DNA of 64,000 bases from a bacterium (GTDB lineage Bacteria > Bacillota > Clostridia > Lachnospirales > Lachnospiraceae). Below, one piece after another: positions 19,001-27,185 of this stretch. The stretch is from the NCBI GenBank assembly GCA_023666335.1, contig JAMPCE010000001.1, positions 103,116 to 167,115 of the forward strand. The letters run 5' to 3'. Numbering within the stretch: the first letter of the stretch is position 1; every line of letters starts with the position of its first letter. The notes under the pieces were generated by a model, which saw only the letters and a list, made by a program, of their open reading frames with translations, searched no databases and was not told the origin of the DNA. Made by a program: the position numbers and the translations under genes.

Positions 19001-20945
19001 TTTTATATTCGTCCGGCATCTTCTCAGTTTCGTTTTCCGGAGTCGTATAATCACAGGTAAAGTCCTTTTTGTTTGCCAGTTTCTTTTTGCCGAAAGTCAG
19101 AACGGGCGCGGGAATGTTCAGGTTTTTCGCGTAATTGACGGTCTGCTCATAGCCCGGCGATTTTTCAATGACATTGCCGTCCGCATCGGTGGCAGGATTG
19201 AAGATATCAATTTTGTTGATATTTAAGGGATAAATCGTATAGAACAGCGTTACGCTGCCCTGATACTGACCTTTCAGGGTGATGGTAACGTTTGGCGCCT
19301 TGGCGGAATTCCAGACGGCGGCATTGATATTGTTCTTATACGTCAGCGTATAGTCTGTCTTCTCTTTTAGGAGCGTGTTGTTATGATAGACGCGGAGATC
19401 CTGCGTGACTTTCTGTCCGGTATAGACCAGTGCAGGATTTTCTTTTTCAAAGCCTGCAACCCGGATATCACCGGAGAGATCGAGGAGTTTCGAGTTGTCG
19501 GGCTGTCCCTCGATGAGTTCGGTCACGACATCCACGATGACGGAAGCCGTGACACCGCGATAGGACGCTGTGATCTTGGCAATTCCTTCCGCGGAAGTCG
19601 TGATCGTTGCGGCGCCGTTTTCGCCTTTTGTTACAGAGGCAACGGTCTCGTCGCTGCTGTCCCAAACGATGTCTTTCTGTGGCGTTTCAGGATCTGATCC
19701 CGTTTTCGTCTTTGCGGTGATCCTGATGTCGCCGCCGGATTGTATGGTGATCGGATTTTTGCCGTCAAGAAGAATTTCCTGCGTTTCCTGTGTCTCTGTA
19801 TTTGTCACGGAGATCTGATACAGGGCGATCGTACCTTCCCATGCGGTCTCCAGAGTAACCACGGGCGGCTGCTCCGTCTCATCGGAAAGCGCGGCGGCAC
19901 TGTTTTCGGAGAGCGTGGAAAGCGTTTCCGCCGCAAGTGGATCTTCGTCAGGTTCCGTCTCGGTATTCTCGAAATCGGCGTCTTCGACAGACGGATCGAC
20001 GGCATCCGAGTCGGAAGAATCTGTGTTATCGCTGTCTTCGGAGTTGTCTTCGGACGTATTTCCGGAGACGGTATCAACCGCGTTTTCCGAGACGGAAGAA
20101 TCTTCCGGTGTCGGATCGGCAGGGGTTTCCTCTGATTCTGCAGGATCCTCCGCAGGCAGGTCTGTGTCTGTTACGACGATATCTTTCGGAATAAAAGGGA
20201 TCGTGGCCGCTGCCAAAAAGGTCTCGGCTTTTCCGTCCTCGGTCTGTGGATAGTACGCCGCGCGGATATAATAATCATAAGAATCAGATGTATCAAAAAC
20301 AGGCGCAGTCTCCGCAGGGGAGAGCATCATCATCTGATCATACGCACTTTCGGGATCGGTTATTTTTTGCAGCGTAAAATAAGGGGAAGAAGTTACGGTC
20401 TCAAAACCGTTCCAGTCGTCTTCCTCCTGATAAAGGCTGACGCTTCCGGCTTCCTGTCCCTTTTTTCCGCGGAGAATGCTCCATTCCAGCGAATCTGTTT
20501 TCAGGGGCGCGGATCCGGATTCGGTTTCATAGTTCGTAAACAGGATCAGTTCTTCCGAGGTCTCAAAAGAGAGCGGGAGATCGTAGACAAAAGTCTCGTC
20601 CGCCACATCGGGGAGCGTATCACCGCTTACGATACAGCCGATCTGTAAGGCGGGCAGCGCGATTTTTTGCTCTGTGCCGTCTGATAAGGCTGCGCCGTCT
20701 GTTTCTTCCGCATCGGTCGTTCCGGCAGAAGAGTCTGTGGGGATTTCGTTATCCTCGTTTTGTGTGGTTTCGGCTGTCATTTCTGCAGAAGCTGCGTCGT
20801 TGTCCGATTGTTCGGTCTCCGTTTCGGAAACGATACTGTTTTCCGAGACAGTGTTTTCTGCGGCAAATGCCGCCATACCGCCGCAGTCGCCGAATGCCAG
20901 GGCGATTGCAAGGATAGATGCCAGCCATCTTTTCGTATTTTGCAT
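16071..20945 (-). CDS. Large secreted cell-surface protein, 1624 aa. Domain order: signal peptide, acidic S/T/D/E-rich linkers, Ig-like (Big_2-type and DYTxxYxNN...GxGNYxG-type) repeats, and a C-terminal right-handed parallel beta-helix (pectate-lyase-fold) domain.
   Basis: Signal peptide MQNTKRWLASILAIALAFG...AAFAAEN. Two long acidic low-complexity tracts. Multiple roughly 85-aa repeats with the consensus (T/E)DYT(I/L)xYxNN...GxGNYxG. Big_2-like segments such as ...SVTKGENGAATITTSAEGIAKITASYRGVTASVIV. The C-terminal beta-helix repeats include NVTIENVEISQCWGDGIY, VTITNCNLHDNRRNNLSI and NVTISNSTFQGNAGGTIQI. There is no LPXTG or SLH motif. Confidence 0.8.
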   Translation of the reverse strand: MQNTKRWLASILAIALAFGDCGGMAAFAAENTVSENSIVSETETEQSDNDAASAEMTAETTQNEDNEIPTDSSAGTTDAEETDGAALSDGTEQKIALPALQIGCIVSGDTLPDVADETFVYDLPLSFETSEELILFTNYETESGSAPLKTDSLEWSILRGKKGQEAGSVSLYQEEDDWNGFETVTSSPYFTLQKITDPESAYDQMMMLSPAETAPVFDTSDSYDYYIRAAYYPQTEDGKAETFLAAATIPFIPKDIVVTDTDLPAEDPAESEETPADPTPEDSSVSENAVDTVSGNTSEDNSEDSDNTDSSDSDAVDPSVEDADFENTETEPDEDPLAAETLSTLSENSAAALSDETEQPPVVTLETAWEGTIALYQISVTNTETQETQEILLDGKNPITIQSGGDIRITAKTKTGSDPETPQKDIVWDSSDETVASVTKGENGAATITTSAEGIAKITASYRGVTASVIVDVVTELIEGQPDNSKLLDLSGDIRVAGFEKENPALVYTGQKVTQDLRVYHNNTLLKEKTDYTLTYKNNINAAVWNSAKAPNVTITLKGQYQGSVTLFYTIYPLNINKIDIFNPATDADGNVIEKSPGYEQTVNYAKNLNIPAPVLTFGKKKLANKKDFTCDYTTPENETEKMPDEYKKGDSYEAGKVYSYAVKGTGNFTGEFFMKLVVLNDKTKNFASASVKLDQKQYEYAGKPLTKENVKITEVKLGGQILDSSLYDYEVSANGIQGAYLTLSPSENGRAAGYRGCKNVTLKLVGDRQIKDAASGTGWKDGFVFSQKTVDKYGGIFQGKTDLLQYNAGSEDAPQWEKLVEGTDYTIKYSNAKKVGNVTVTFTGTGRYKGSLKLKYAITPNIDKVRIFPGKNVSGSAGDYKVTYQKGGAAPELILKDAEDSVLKVKTDYTIQYKNNKAAGSTMSCIIKGKGSYKGYEQTVPLTVTPCDIATAGITLSAPDKVYNKNPNKWKSAVTVTDTNGKKLAAGTDYLKEITYTSASVDLTDASVVPPVGTSITITITGTGNYTGTLTKADAYRIYDKTKDIGKLKIVIDPQEYTGEEITLTKEPKTEADIHVYANNADYKRNQELPNAASCYEIVSYKNNIKPGTAKVTLHGIGEYGGTKTYSFKIQKKKYRINRVKTIKLNKTSLSFVLAEADSDSDKLTLSATLTAESYEKIANTTVIWTSSNSNVVSITENPSSASGWGTVTKTVTLTLHKEGDATITAIAQDGNKKAQCKVTVVDAPLLREAGQTIKENIGQTYELHMDFTASQNPENVKWSSNNDAVSVTKTDTGARLTMKKAGAAEITAVYTSASKRTYKQTCYAAAIDPDEKEPEGNLLVYRQAPGTTDDTPYINKMLRDWEWGNRSQYDAMYLPPGVYHIDAAGGGKDFLGNGRFGGIILTDDQKLIMSSSTLLVAIGNNKSNSQVIWAFGRKNVTISGGQIIGERKIHKGSSGEWGHGILISGCKNVTIENVEISQCWGDGIYLGFYDGPNTSSSGVTITNCNLHDNRRNNLSITDASNVTVTNCQFNRAKGTAPQYGIDIEPNSGRTCSNVTISNSTFQGNAGGTIQILGQLNAHVKGVKITNCKGDSAPVQWSGFGGSVSNVSGAKNGENSNNWGWKQ

Positions 20946-21149
20946 GGTGCGGATTCCTCCTTAAAACTTCAATATATTTTATTGTAGCATATCCTAAGAA
21001 GCGAATACAGTAAAATTTTTCAGAAGAATGGAAAATGTATTAAAAATAAGAAGTAAGAAAACAGTTGACAAATCCCGCCAGTATAATAAAATGAGAAGAG
21101 TATGAAGAAATAAGCCGAAAATATGCGGCGGGAAAGGCATGGTTTTAAC

Positions 21150-23678
21150 ATGGCGGAAGTTTACAATCACAGAGAAGTGGAGACAAAATGGCAGAAGATC
21201 TGGGATGACGAGAAAGCCTTCCAGACTTCGGAGGATCATTCCAAACCGAAATATTACGCGCTGGTGGAGTTCCCCTATCCTTCGGGGCAAGGGCTGCATG
21301 TGGGGCATCCGCGCCCGTATACGGCGCTCGATATCGTGGCGAGAAAGCGCAGGATGCAGGGCTATAACGTGCTCTATCCGATGGGGTTTGACGCATTCGG
21401 TCTGCCTACGGAAAATTATGCGATCAAGAACCATATCCACCCGAAGATCGTGACGAAGAACAACGTGGACCGTTTTAAGGCGCAGCTCCATGCGCTGGGC
21501 TATTCCTTTGACTGGGAGCGGGAAGTCAACACCACGGACGTCGGGTATTATAAGTGGACACAGTGGATTTTCTTAAAACTCTTCAAAGCAGGGCTTGCCT
21601 ACAAGACGGAGATGCCGATCAACTGGTGTACTTCCTGTAAGGTCGGTCTTGCCAACGAGGAAGTGGTGAACGGCGTCTGCGAGCGCTGCGGCTCCGAGGT
21701 GGTACGCAAGGTGAAGAGTCAGTGGATGTTAAAAATTACCGCCTATGCGGATAAGCTGATCGAGGGGCTTGAGAGTGTGGATTATGTGGAGCGCGTCAAG
21801 GTGTCCCAGAAGAACTGGATCGGCAAGTCCACGGGCGCGGAGGTGGATTTTTCCATCAAAGGAAAAGAGGATAAGCTGCGGGTCTACACGACGCGCTGTG
21901 ATACGCTGTTTGGCGCGACGTATATGGTCGTGTCTCCGGAGCATCCGATTATTGATAAGTATCAGGCGGAATTGAAGAACTGGGACGAGATCTGCGCTTA
22001 CCGTGAGCAGGCGGCGAGAAAGTCCGATTTTGAGCGGGCGGAGCTGGCGAAAGAAAAGACCGGCGTGCGCATCGACGGATTGTCGGCGGTGAATCCGGTG
22101 AACGGGAAAGAGATTCCAATCTATATTTCCGACTATGTGCTGATGAGCTACGGCACAGGCGCGATCATGGCGGTGCCTGCGCATGATGAGAGAGACTGGG
22201 ATTTTGCGAAGAAATTCGGGCTGCCCATCATCGAGGTGGTCGCGGGCGGTAAGGACGTGCAGGAGGAAGTCTATACGGATGTGGCGGACGGGAAGCTCGT
22301 CAATTCCGATTTCCTGAACGGCCTTAGCGTCGCGGAAGCGAAAGAGAAGATGATCGCTTTTCTGGAAGAGAAAGGCGTGGGCTGTGCGAAGACGAACTTT
22401 AAGCTGAGAGACTGGGTCTTCTCCAGACAGCGGTATTGGGGCGAGCCGATCCCCATCGTATTCTGTGAGAAGTGCGGTTATGTGCCTTTGGACGAAAAGG
22501 ACCTGCCGTTAGAGCTTCCTGATGTGGAGAGCTATATGCCGACCGACACGGGGGAATCGCCGCTGGCGGCAATGACCGATTGGGTCAATACAACCTGTCC
22601 CTGCTGCGGCGGTCCGGCAAAAAGGGAGACGGATACCATGCCCCAGTGGGCGGGGTCTTCCTGGTATTTCCTGCGTTACACCGATCCGAAGAACAAGAAC
22701 GCGCTTGCCAGCAAGGAGGCGCTTGACTACTGGATGCCGGTAGACTGGTACAACGGCGGTATGGAGCACACCACCCTGCATCTGCTGTATTCCCGCTTCT
22801 GGCATAAATTCCTTTACGACGAGAAGGTCGTGCCCTGTCCGGAACCTTATGCGAAGCGGACATCCCACGGCATGATCCTTGGCTTAAATCCGCACTGTTT
22901 TTCGAATCTGCCCGCGAAAGAGCAGGAAGCGCTTGTCAAAGAGCACGGCAGCGAGAAAGCGGCGAAAGAAGCCTTGAAGGAAAAATACGGCGAGATGGCG
23001 GATCATCCGGTCGTGAAGATGTCAAAGTCCCTCGGCAATGTGGTCAATCCGGACGATATCGTGACGGAGTACGGCGCGGATACCCTCAGGACTTACGAAA
23101 TGTTTATCGGCGCGTTTGAATTAAGTGCAGGCTGGAGCGAGGACGGCGTAAAGGGCTGCCGCAGATTCCTGGAGAGAGTCTGGAAGTTACAGGACATCCT
23201 GACGGACGACACGGCGTATTCCGCGGATCTGGAGATCAAGATGCACCAGACCATCAAGAAAGTGAGCGGCGATTTCGAGAATCTGAAATACAATACGGCG
23301 ATCGCGGCAATGATGACGCTTGTGAATGAGTTTTATAAGAAAAACGCGGTGACGAAGGGCGAGTACAAGACGCTGCTGACCCTGCTCAATCCCGTCGCGC
23401 CGCATATCACCGAGGAACTGTGGCAGGCGGCGGGCTTTGGCGGCAGAGTCTATCAGACGACCTGGCCGGAATACGAGGAAGCGAAGACCGTGGAGTCCAC
23501 GGTGGAGATCGTCGTGCAGATCAACGGCAAAAACCGCGCGACTCTGGATATCGGTAAGGACGATCCGAAAGATGAAGTGATCGCAAAGGCGAAAGAAGCG
23601 ATCGCCGATAAGCTGACGGGAACCATTGTGAAAGAAATCTATGTGCCGGGGCGGCTGGTGAATATCGTCCAAAAATAA
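21150..23678 (+). CDS. leuS: Leucine--tRNA ligase
   Basis: [20 protein letters not shown]..., HIGH motif ([12 protein letters not shown]) and KMSKS are present over about 840 aa. Confidence 0.95.
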   Translation: MAEVYNHREVETKWQKIWDDEKAFQTSEDHSKPKYYALVEFPYPSGQGLHVGHPRPYTALDIVARKRRMQGYNVLYPMGFDAFGLPTENYAIKNHIHPKIVTKNNVDRFKAQLHALGYSFDWEREVNTTDVGYYKWTQWIFLKLFKAGLAYKTEMPINWCTSCKVGLANEEVVNGVCERCGSEVVRKVKSQWMLKITAYADKLIEGLESVDYVERVKVSQKNWIGKSTGAEVDFSIKGKEDKLRVYTTRCDTLFGATYMVVSPEHPIIDKYQAELKNWDEICAYREQAARKSDFERAELAKEKTGVRIDGLSAVNPVNGKEIPIYISDYVLMSYGTGAIMAVPAHDERDWDFAKKFGLPIIEVVAGGKDVQEEVYTDVADGKLVNSDFLNGLSVAEAKEKMIAFLEEKGVGCAKTNFKLRDWVFSRQRYWGEPIPIVFCEKCGYVPLDEKDLPLELPDVESYMPTDTGESPLAAMTDWVNTTCPCCGGPAKRETDTMPQWAGSSWYFLRYTDPKNKNALASKEALDYWMPVDWYNGGMEHTTLHLLYSRFWHKFLYDEKVVPCPEPYAKRTSHGMILGLNPHCFSNLPAKEQEALVKEHGSEKAAKEALKEKYGEMADHPVVKMSKSLGNVVNPDDIVTEYGADTLRTYEMFIGAFELSAGWSEDGVKGCRRFLERVWKLQDILTDDTAYSADLEIKMHQTIKKVSGDFENLKYNTAIAAMMTLVNEFYKKNAVTKGEYKTLLTLLNPVAPHITEELWQAAGFGGRVYQTTWPEYEEAKTVESTVEIVVQINGKNRATLDIGKDDPKDEVIAKAKEAIADKLTGTIVKEIYVPGRLVNIVQK

Positions 23679-23685
23679 AAAGCAG

Positions 23686-23724
23686 GGAGTCTGCGGAAAA
23701 AACGCGGACTCCTTTTCTTATTTT
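23686..23724. terminator. Intrinsic terminator after leuS. It is palindromic and also closes the convergent minus-strand small-protein operon.
   Basis: ggagtctgcgg aaaaaa cgcggactcc followed by ttttcttatttt. The stop codon of the minus-strand 88-aa gene lies inside the T-tract. Confidence 0.65.
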
Positions 23725-23984
23725 CTGCGCAGCCGCATCATCTTATCGATCGCGGCGGCTTCCTCCGCCGAGGAATGCTCTTTGATCACGGCGGCGATGG
23801 TATCGATCTCTAAGTCGGAGAAAGTGATGTGCTCCGCCTGCCCTTTTTTGGCGACCGCCATCAGGAAGGGCAGCATCTGTTCTTTGCTTAAATTGCGGCT
23901 CTCAAAGACGAGCGCCTGCAAAAATTCAAGTTTTGTGCGGTTGATTCCGGCGAGGGCAGGATCGTTCATCCAATCATTGTTCAT
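23718..23984 (-). CDS. Hypothetical protein, 88 aa, third gene of the Cys-rich small-protein operon
   Basis: The start is reset to the ATG (MNNDWMNDPALAG...) preceded by a perfect GGAGG-6nt RBS that lies within the 3' end of the upstream gene. I recognise no domain. Confidence 0.5.
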   Translation of the reverse strand: MNNDWMNDPALAGINRTKLEFLQALVFESRNLSKEQMLPFLMAVAKKGQAEHITFSDLEIDTIAAVIKEHSSAEEAAAIDKMMRLRRK

Positions 23985-23997
23985 AAAAAACCTCCGT

Positions 23998-24495
23998 TCA
24001 ATTGTCATTACCGTTCGGGAACGGCTGTTGTTGAAACATTTGATACATTTCCCGCTGCTCGGGAGTCAGCATCTGCAGCAGCATATCCATCGTGGGAGAG
24101 CCTGCGGATTCCATGTTCATATCCGGGAAAATTTCTTTCATGGCGTTCATGGTCCGGGTCATTTCCTGCACGGTCTCCATCGTCTGTAACACATTTCGGA
24201 TCTGTTCTAACTGCCGAATCTCCTCCGGGGTAGAGTAGAGACTCAGTTCCCGACATAACTTTTGCAGATCAGGTTTTTCCGAGGTTGGCAAGCCGCAGCC
24301 GTACAGTGTTGCGGTATGCCTTTTTGTCAGGTTCATGGTATATTGCAGTTCCATGTACTTGATGTAGACAGCCATGTGCCTCTGCATAGAAGGTTCTATG
24401 TAGGGGAGAAGAACCTTGAGCTTTTGAATCTGATTGTTGGTGTACAGGGCATCAAATGCCATCACATTATCTGCGTCTTCTCTTTTCTCTGCCAT
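23998..24495 (-). CDS. Hypothetical protein, 165 aa, with a Met/Gln-rich C-terminal tail
   Basis: ORF with good codon usage, co-oriented with and between two small genes. Its stop lies 13 nt before the next ATG. No recognisable domain. Confidence 0.5.
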   Translation of the reverse strand: MAEKREDADNVMAFDALYTNNQIQKLKVLLPYIEPSMQRHMAVYIKYMELQYTMNLTKRHTATLYGCGLPTSEKPDLQKLCRELSLYSTPEEIRQLEQIRNVLQTMETVQEMTRTMNAMKEIFPDMNMESAGSPTMDMLLQMLTPEQREMYQMFQQQPFPNGNDN

Positions 24496-24544
24496 AACAT
24501 AAGCCTTTCTGATGCCCGCATTTTTCTACAGTATATGCCTTCCG

Positions 24545-24580
24545 AGAGAAAAATAGGCTCCGGAACCGGAGCCTATTTTC
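24545..24580 (-). terminator. Intrinsic terminator immediately downstream of the Cys-rich mini-protein gene, internal to the operon
   Basis: Perfect 12-bp palindrome aataggctccgg aa ccggagcctatt flanked by an A-run and a T-run. On the minus strand it is followed by tttctctc. Confidence 0.6.
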
Positions 24581-24614
24581 CGGAACAGATGTGCTTAAAA
24601 TGACGTGTCAGGGA

Positions 24615-24845
24615 TTAGTTGTTGCAGCAGGCGGATAACAGGATCAGAATCCAGATCCAGGAGCAGCAGCTGTTGTCGCCGCCAAACAGGCTGTTGCCGA
24701 ACAGACCGTTGTTGCCGCAGCCGTCGCTATTGTTGTTACCGCAGCAGGCAAGCAGGATCAGGATCCAGATCCAGGAACCGCAGCCGCCGTTACTGTTAGC
24801 GCTGGTATTGTTGCATCCGCAGTGAGTTGCTGTAAGATCGCTCAT
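24615..24845 (-). CDS. Cys/Gly/Asn-rich tiny transmembrane protein, 76 aa, YjcZ-like. It is an internal tandem fusion of two units.
   Basis: MSDLTATHCGCNNTSANSNGGCGSWIWILILLACCGNN NSDGCGNNGLFGNSLFGGDNSCCSWIWILILLSACCNN. Each unit is a Gly/Cys-rich head followed by a WIWILILL hydrophobic helix and ACC. GGAGG lies 8 nt upstream of the ATG. The ORF-track N-terminal extension MEDTN was removed. Confidence 0.6.
   Translation of the reverse strand: MSDLTATHCGCNNTSANSNGGCGSWIWILILLACCGNNNSDGCGNNGLFGNSLFGGDNSCCSWIWILILLSACCNN
24618..24662. repeat. Intragenic 45-nt direct repeat, copy B, encoding the second C-SWIWILILL-ACC unit
   Basis: About 85% identical to 24732-24776. The 114-nt period equals 38 codons. 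Confidence 0.8.
24732..24776. repeat. Intragenic 45-nt direct repeat, copy A, encoding the first C-SWIWILILL-ACC unit
   Basis: See the paired repeat at 24618-24662. Confidence 0.8.
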
Positions 24846-25183
24846 GTTAGTGTCCTCCAAATGTTAGTTATGGTTTATCTTATGTGGGGGGCGGGGAAAA
24901 GGTTCTTTGCCACAGACGCATCGGGCAGGACGAAGTATCTAAGACCTATTCCTTTCCAATAATGGAAATATGGAAACATATATGATAGAATAGAGCAATA
25001 TAAAATTTTGATGAATCTGTGGAGAGTTTGATATGCCGATTTGCCAAATAAAATCAGTAATACATTGGAGACAAAGTTTGCCAATGTATCGGCAGGAAAA
25101 GTTTTTGTTGCGGTAGGAATATTGCAACTAAAGGTATCAGAAACGATTGAAACAGCGGGCAGCCTATTGCTGAGGGAACTCCT

Positions 25184-25798
25184 GTGATTATGCTTCTTTT
25201 CATCGGAAATATGTGGTACAATAGCAATATGTTTGAGAAGGAGACGGAAAACAAAAATGGGGGAAAAATCCGCAGAGCGGATCTTGTGCTTGTAGTCATC
25301 GTGTGCGGTGTGGCGCTGGGGCTTTTTTTTGCGCACAGAGCCGGAAACCGGGCGGGAGCGGAAGAAGGGCTGACGTTAGTGATCTCCTGGAAAGGGACAG
25401 AAATGGAATCTCTGTCTCTGGAAGACGGAGCAGAGAGCCGGACGGGCGCCGTTTTCGAGAAAGACGGGATGCGATACTGTCAGATGCTCTATGTGGAGGA
25501 CGGGATCGATATCAGCTGGTATGAGGAAGGTGAGACGCCATCGCAGATTCCCGAAGACACAAGCTATAATGTGTTAAGGATTTCCGGCACGGAGGTTTCG
25601 ATGGAAGCGGCGGACTGCCCCGATCAGATCTGCGTGCATCACATTCCCATATCGAAAGCAGGGGAGAGCATTATCTGCCTGCCGCATAAGCTGGTGGTGG
25701 AGATTCGGGGCAATTCGGATGAAGACGGTTTGGACGGGATGGTGAAGACCGAAAGCGTGAGCGGGACTGCCCGAAAAGAGGGGGAGGCGCGGTTATGA
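25184..25798 (+). CDS. NusG domain II-containing protein. The start is uncertain; an alternative ATG lies at 25232.
   Basis: N-terminal TM helix. The C-terminal DCPDQICVHHIPISKAGESIICLPHKLVVEI motif is typical of the NusG-II-domain proteins found upstream of Gx transporters. Confidence 0.6.
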   Translation: MIMLLFIGNMWYNSNMFEKETENKNGGKIRRADLVLVVIVCGVALGLFFAHRAGNRAGAEEGLTLVISWKGTEMESLSLEDGAESRTGAVFEKDGMRYCQMLYVEDGIDISWYEEGETPSQIPEDTSYNVLRISGTEVSMEAADCPDQICVHHIPISKAGESIICLPHKLVVEIRGNSDEDGLDGMVKTESVSGTARKEGEARL

Positions 25799-26376
25799 GA
25801 CGCACGGCTGAACTCGGATTGATGCTTACGCTTGCGCTAATTTTATCCTATGTCGAATCTCTGATTCCGTTATCTTTTGGCATTCCGGGGATCAAGCTGG
25901 GGCTGCCGAACCTGATTGTATTGCTTTTACTGTACGGTGGGGGAGAGAAATCTTCTGTAGGAAAGAATGGTAAAATTTCTGAAAAAGAAAACGGGAAATC
26001 CGGTGCAGCACATGTGAGATTTTTCACAAAAGCTGCGGGCGAGGCGCTTCTGGTCAATGTGCTGCGGATTGTTTTAGCGGGTTTTCTGTTTACGAATCTC
26101 TATGCGATCCTCTATGCGCTGGCAGGCGCAGCTTTGAGCTTTCTGGCGATGCTGGTTGGACGGCGGGCGGGCTGTTTTTCTATGGTGGGCGTCAGCATTC
26201 TGGGCGGTGTTTTTCATAATATCGGGCAGATTTTGGTGGCGATGGCTGTGGTGGAGACCTTTGCCGTGGCTTACTATCTGCCGTTTCTTATGGCGGCAGG
26301 GGTAGTGACGGGAGCGGTTCTCGGGTTCATCGGGATGGCGGTACTGCCGTACCTACGGCGGCTGGCGTCACAGTGA
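25795..26376 (+). CDS. Gx transporter family protein (heptaprenyl diphosphate synthase component I-like)
   Basis: MRRTAELGLMLTLALILSYVESLIPLSFGIPGIKLGLPNLIVLLLLY... with four TM helices. It overlaps the upstream stop by 4 nt (ATGA). It carries an unusual Lys/Gly/Ser-rich insert, GGGEKSSVGKNGKISEKENGKSG. Confidence 0.7.
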   Translation: MRRTAELGLMLTLALILSYVESLIPLSFGIPGIKLGLPNLIVLLLLYGGGEKSSVGKNGKISEKENGKSGAAHVRFFTKAAGEALLVNVLRIVLAGFLFTNLYAILYALAGAALSFLAMLVGRRAGCFSMVGVSILGGVFHNIGQILVAMAVVETFAVAYYLPFLMAAGVVTGAVLGFIGMAVLPYLRRLASQ

Positions 26377-26508
26377 CTAGAAATATAGGAATTGTTCAAA
26401 CAATTTGCGCAATATTTTGTGTAAAAGCAGTGAAAAGAGCATTTTGCATCGACGCAGTGAATGTGAAGATGATACAAAAATTGATAAAACGGGAAAGTGA
26501 GACGAGAT

Positions 26509-27123
26509 ATGTACGCTTATATCAAAGGAACATTAGAAGAAGTGACGGAGGATGCGGTGGTCGTAGAGGCAGGCGGGATCGGTTATAATATCCGGGTCTC
26601 CACCGCCACGGCAGATCTGCTGCCGGGTCTTGGCAGCGAGGTAAAGATCTACACTTACACGCTGGTGCGGGAGGACGCCTTTTCGCTCTACGGCTTTCTG
26701 ACCAGAGACGATCTGGAGATCTTTAAGCGTCTGATCACGGTGAGCGGCATCGGACCGAAAGGCGGGCTTGCCATCCTTTCGGTGATGAGCGCGGACGCTC
26801 TGCGCTTTGCGGTGATGGCGGGAGATGCGAAAGCGATCGCCAAAGCGCCGGGAATCGGGGCAAAGACGGCGGAGCGCGTGATCTTAGATCTGCGGGATAA
26901 GATTTCCATAGAGGATACGCTGCGCGGGCTTGGCTCGCCTGCTGCCACGGGACAGGCGGATGCCGTGATCGGTGATAATCTGATGCGGCGGGAAGCCATC
27001 GAAGCGCTCGTGGCGCTGGGATATTCCGCTTCCGACGCGACAGCCGCGGTGAAAAAGGTGGAGATAAAAGAGGACGCCACTTCGGAGGGCATTTTGAAGC
27101 AGGCGTTAAAGTTTATGTTCTAA
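26509..27123 (+). CDS. ruvA: Holliday junction branch migration complex subunit RuvA
   Basis: MYAYIKGTLEEV...GYNIRVS...LYGF...TVSGIGPKGGLAIL (HhH motifs) and a C-terminal domain III. Confidence 0.9.
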   Translation: MYAYIKGTLEEVTEDAVVVEAGGIGYNIRVSTATADLLPGLGSEVKIYTYTLVREDAFSLYGFLTRDDLEIFKRLITVSGIGPKGGLAILSVMSADALRFAVMAGDAKAIAKAPGIGAKTAERVILDLRDKISIEDTLRGLGSPAATGQADAVIGDNLMRREAIEALVALGYSASDATAAVKKVEIKEDATSEGILKQALKFMF

Positions 27124-27185
27124 AAATAGTTTGGACGAAACGTTATCTGTTGGATGTATTATGTTAACCATCGGAGGGAAACGCA

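Noticed and set aside
18582-19226. 214-aa and several other plus-strand ORFs (17148-20253) within the 16-21 kb region
   Set aside because: All are antisense to the 1624-aa surface-protein gene. They have repetitive composition and no ribosome-binding sites.
20946-21149. Possible T-box upstream of leuS
   Set aside because: The 5' region is only about 200 nt. It lacks the GGGUGGNACCGCG T-box sequence and has no terminator/antiterminator pair. I keep only a weak TTGACA-11-TATAAT-like promoter candidate there, at low confidence.
24618-24776. Direct repeats inside 24.6-24.8 kb as a possible CRISPR array
   Set aside because: Only two 45-nt copies are present, both in-frame within a coding sequence with an RBS and a terminator. 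There are no cas genes and no regular repeat-spacer periodicity.
24615-24845. Reading the Cys-rich 76-aa protein as a RiPP/lanthipeptide precursor
   Set aside because: No modification enzymes (LanB/C/M, radical SAM, YcaO), protease or dedicated exporter flank it. The hydrophobic WIWILILL segments look like TM helices and not core peptides, so a YjcZ-type membrane mini-protein is the more economical explanation.
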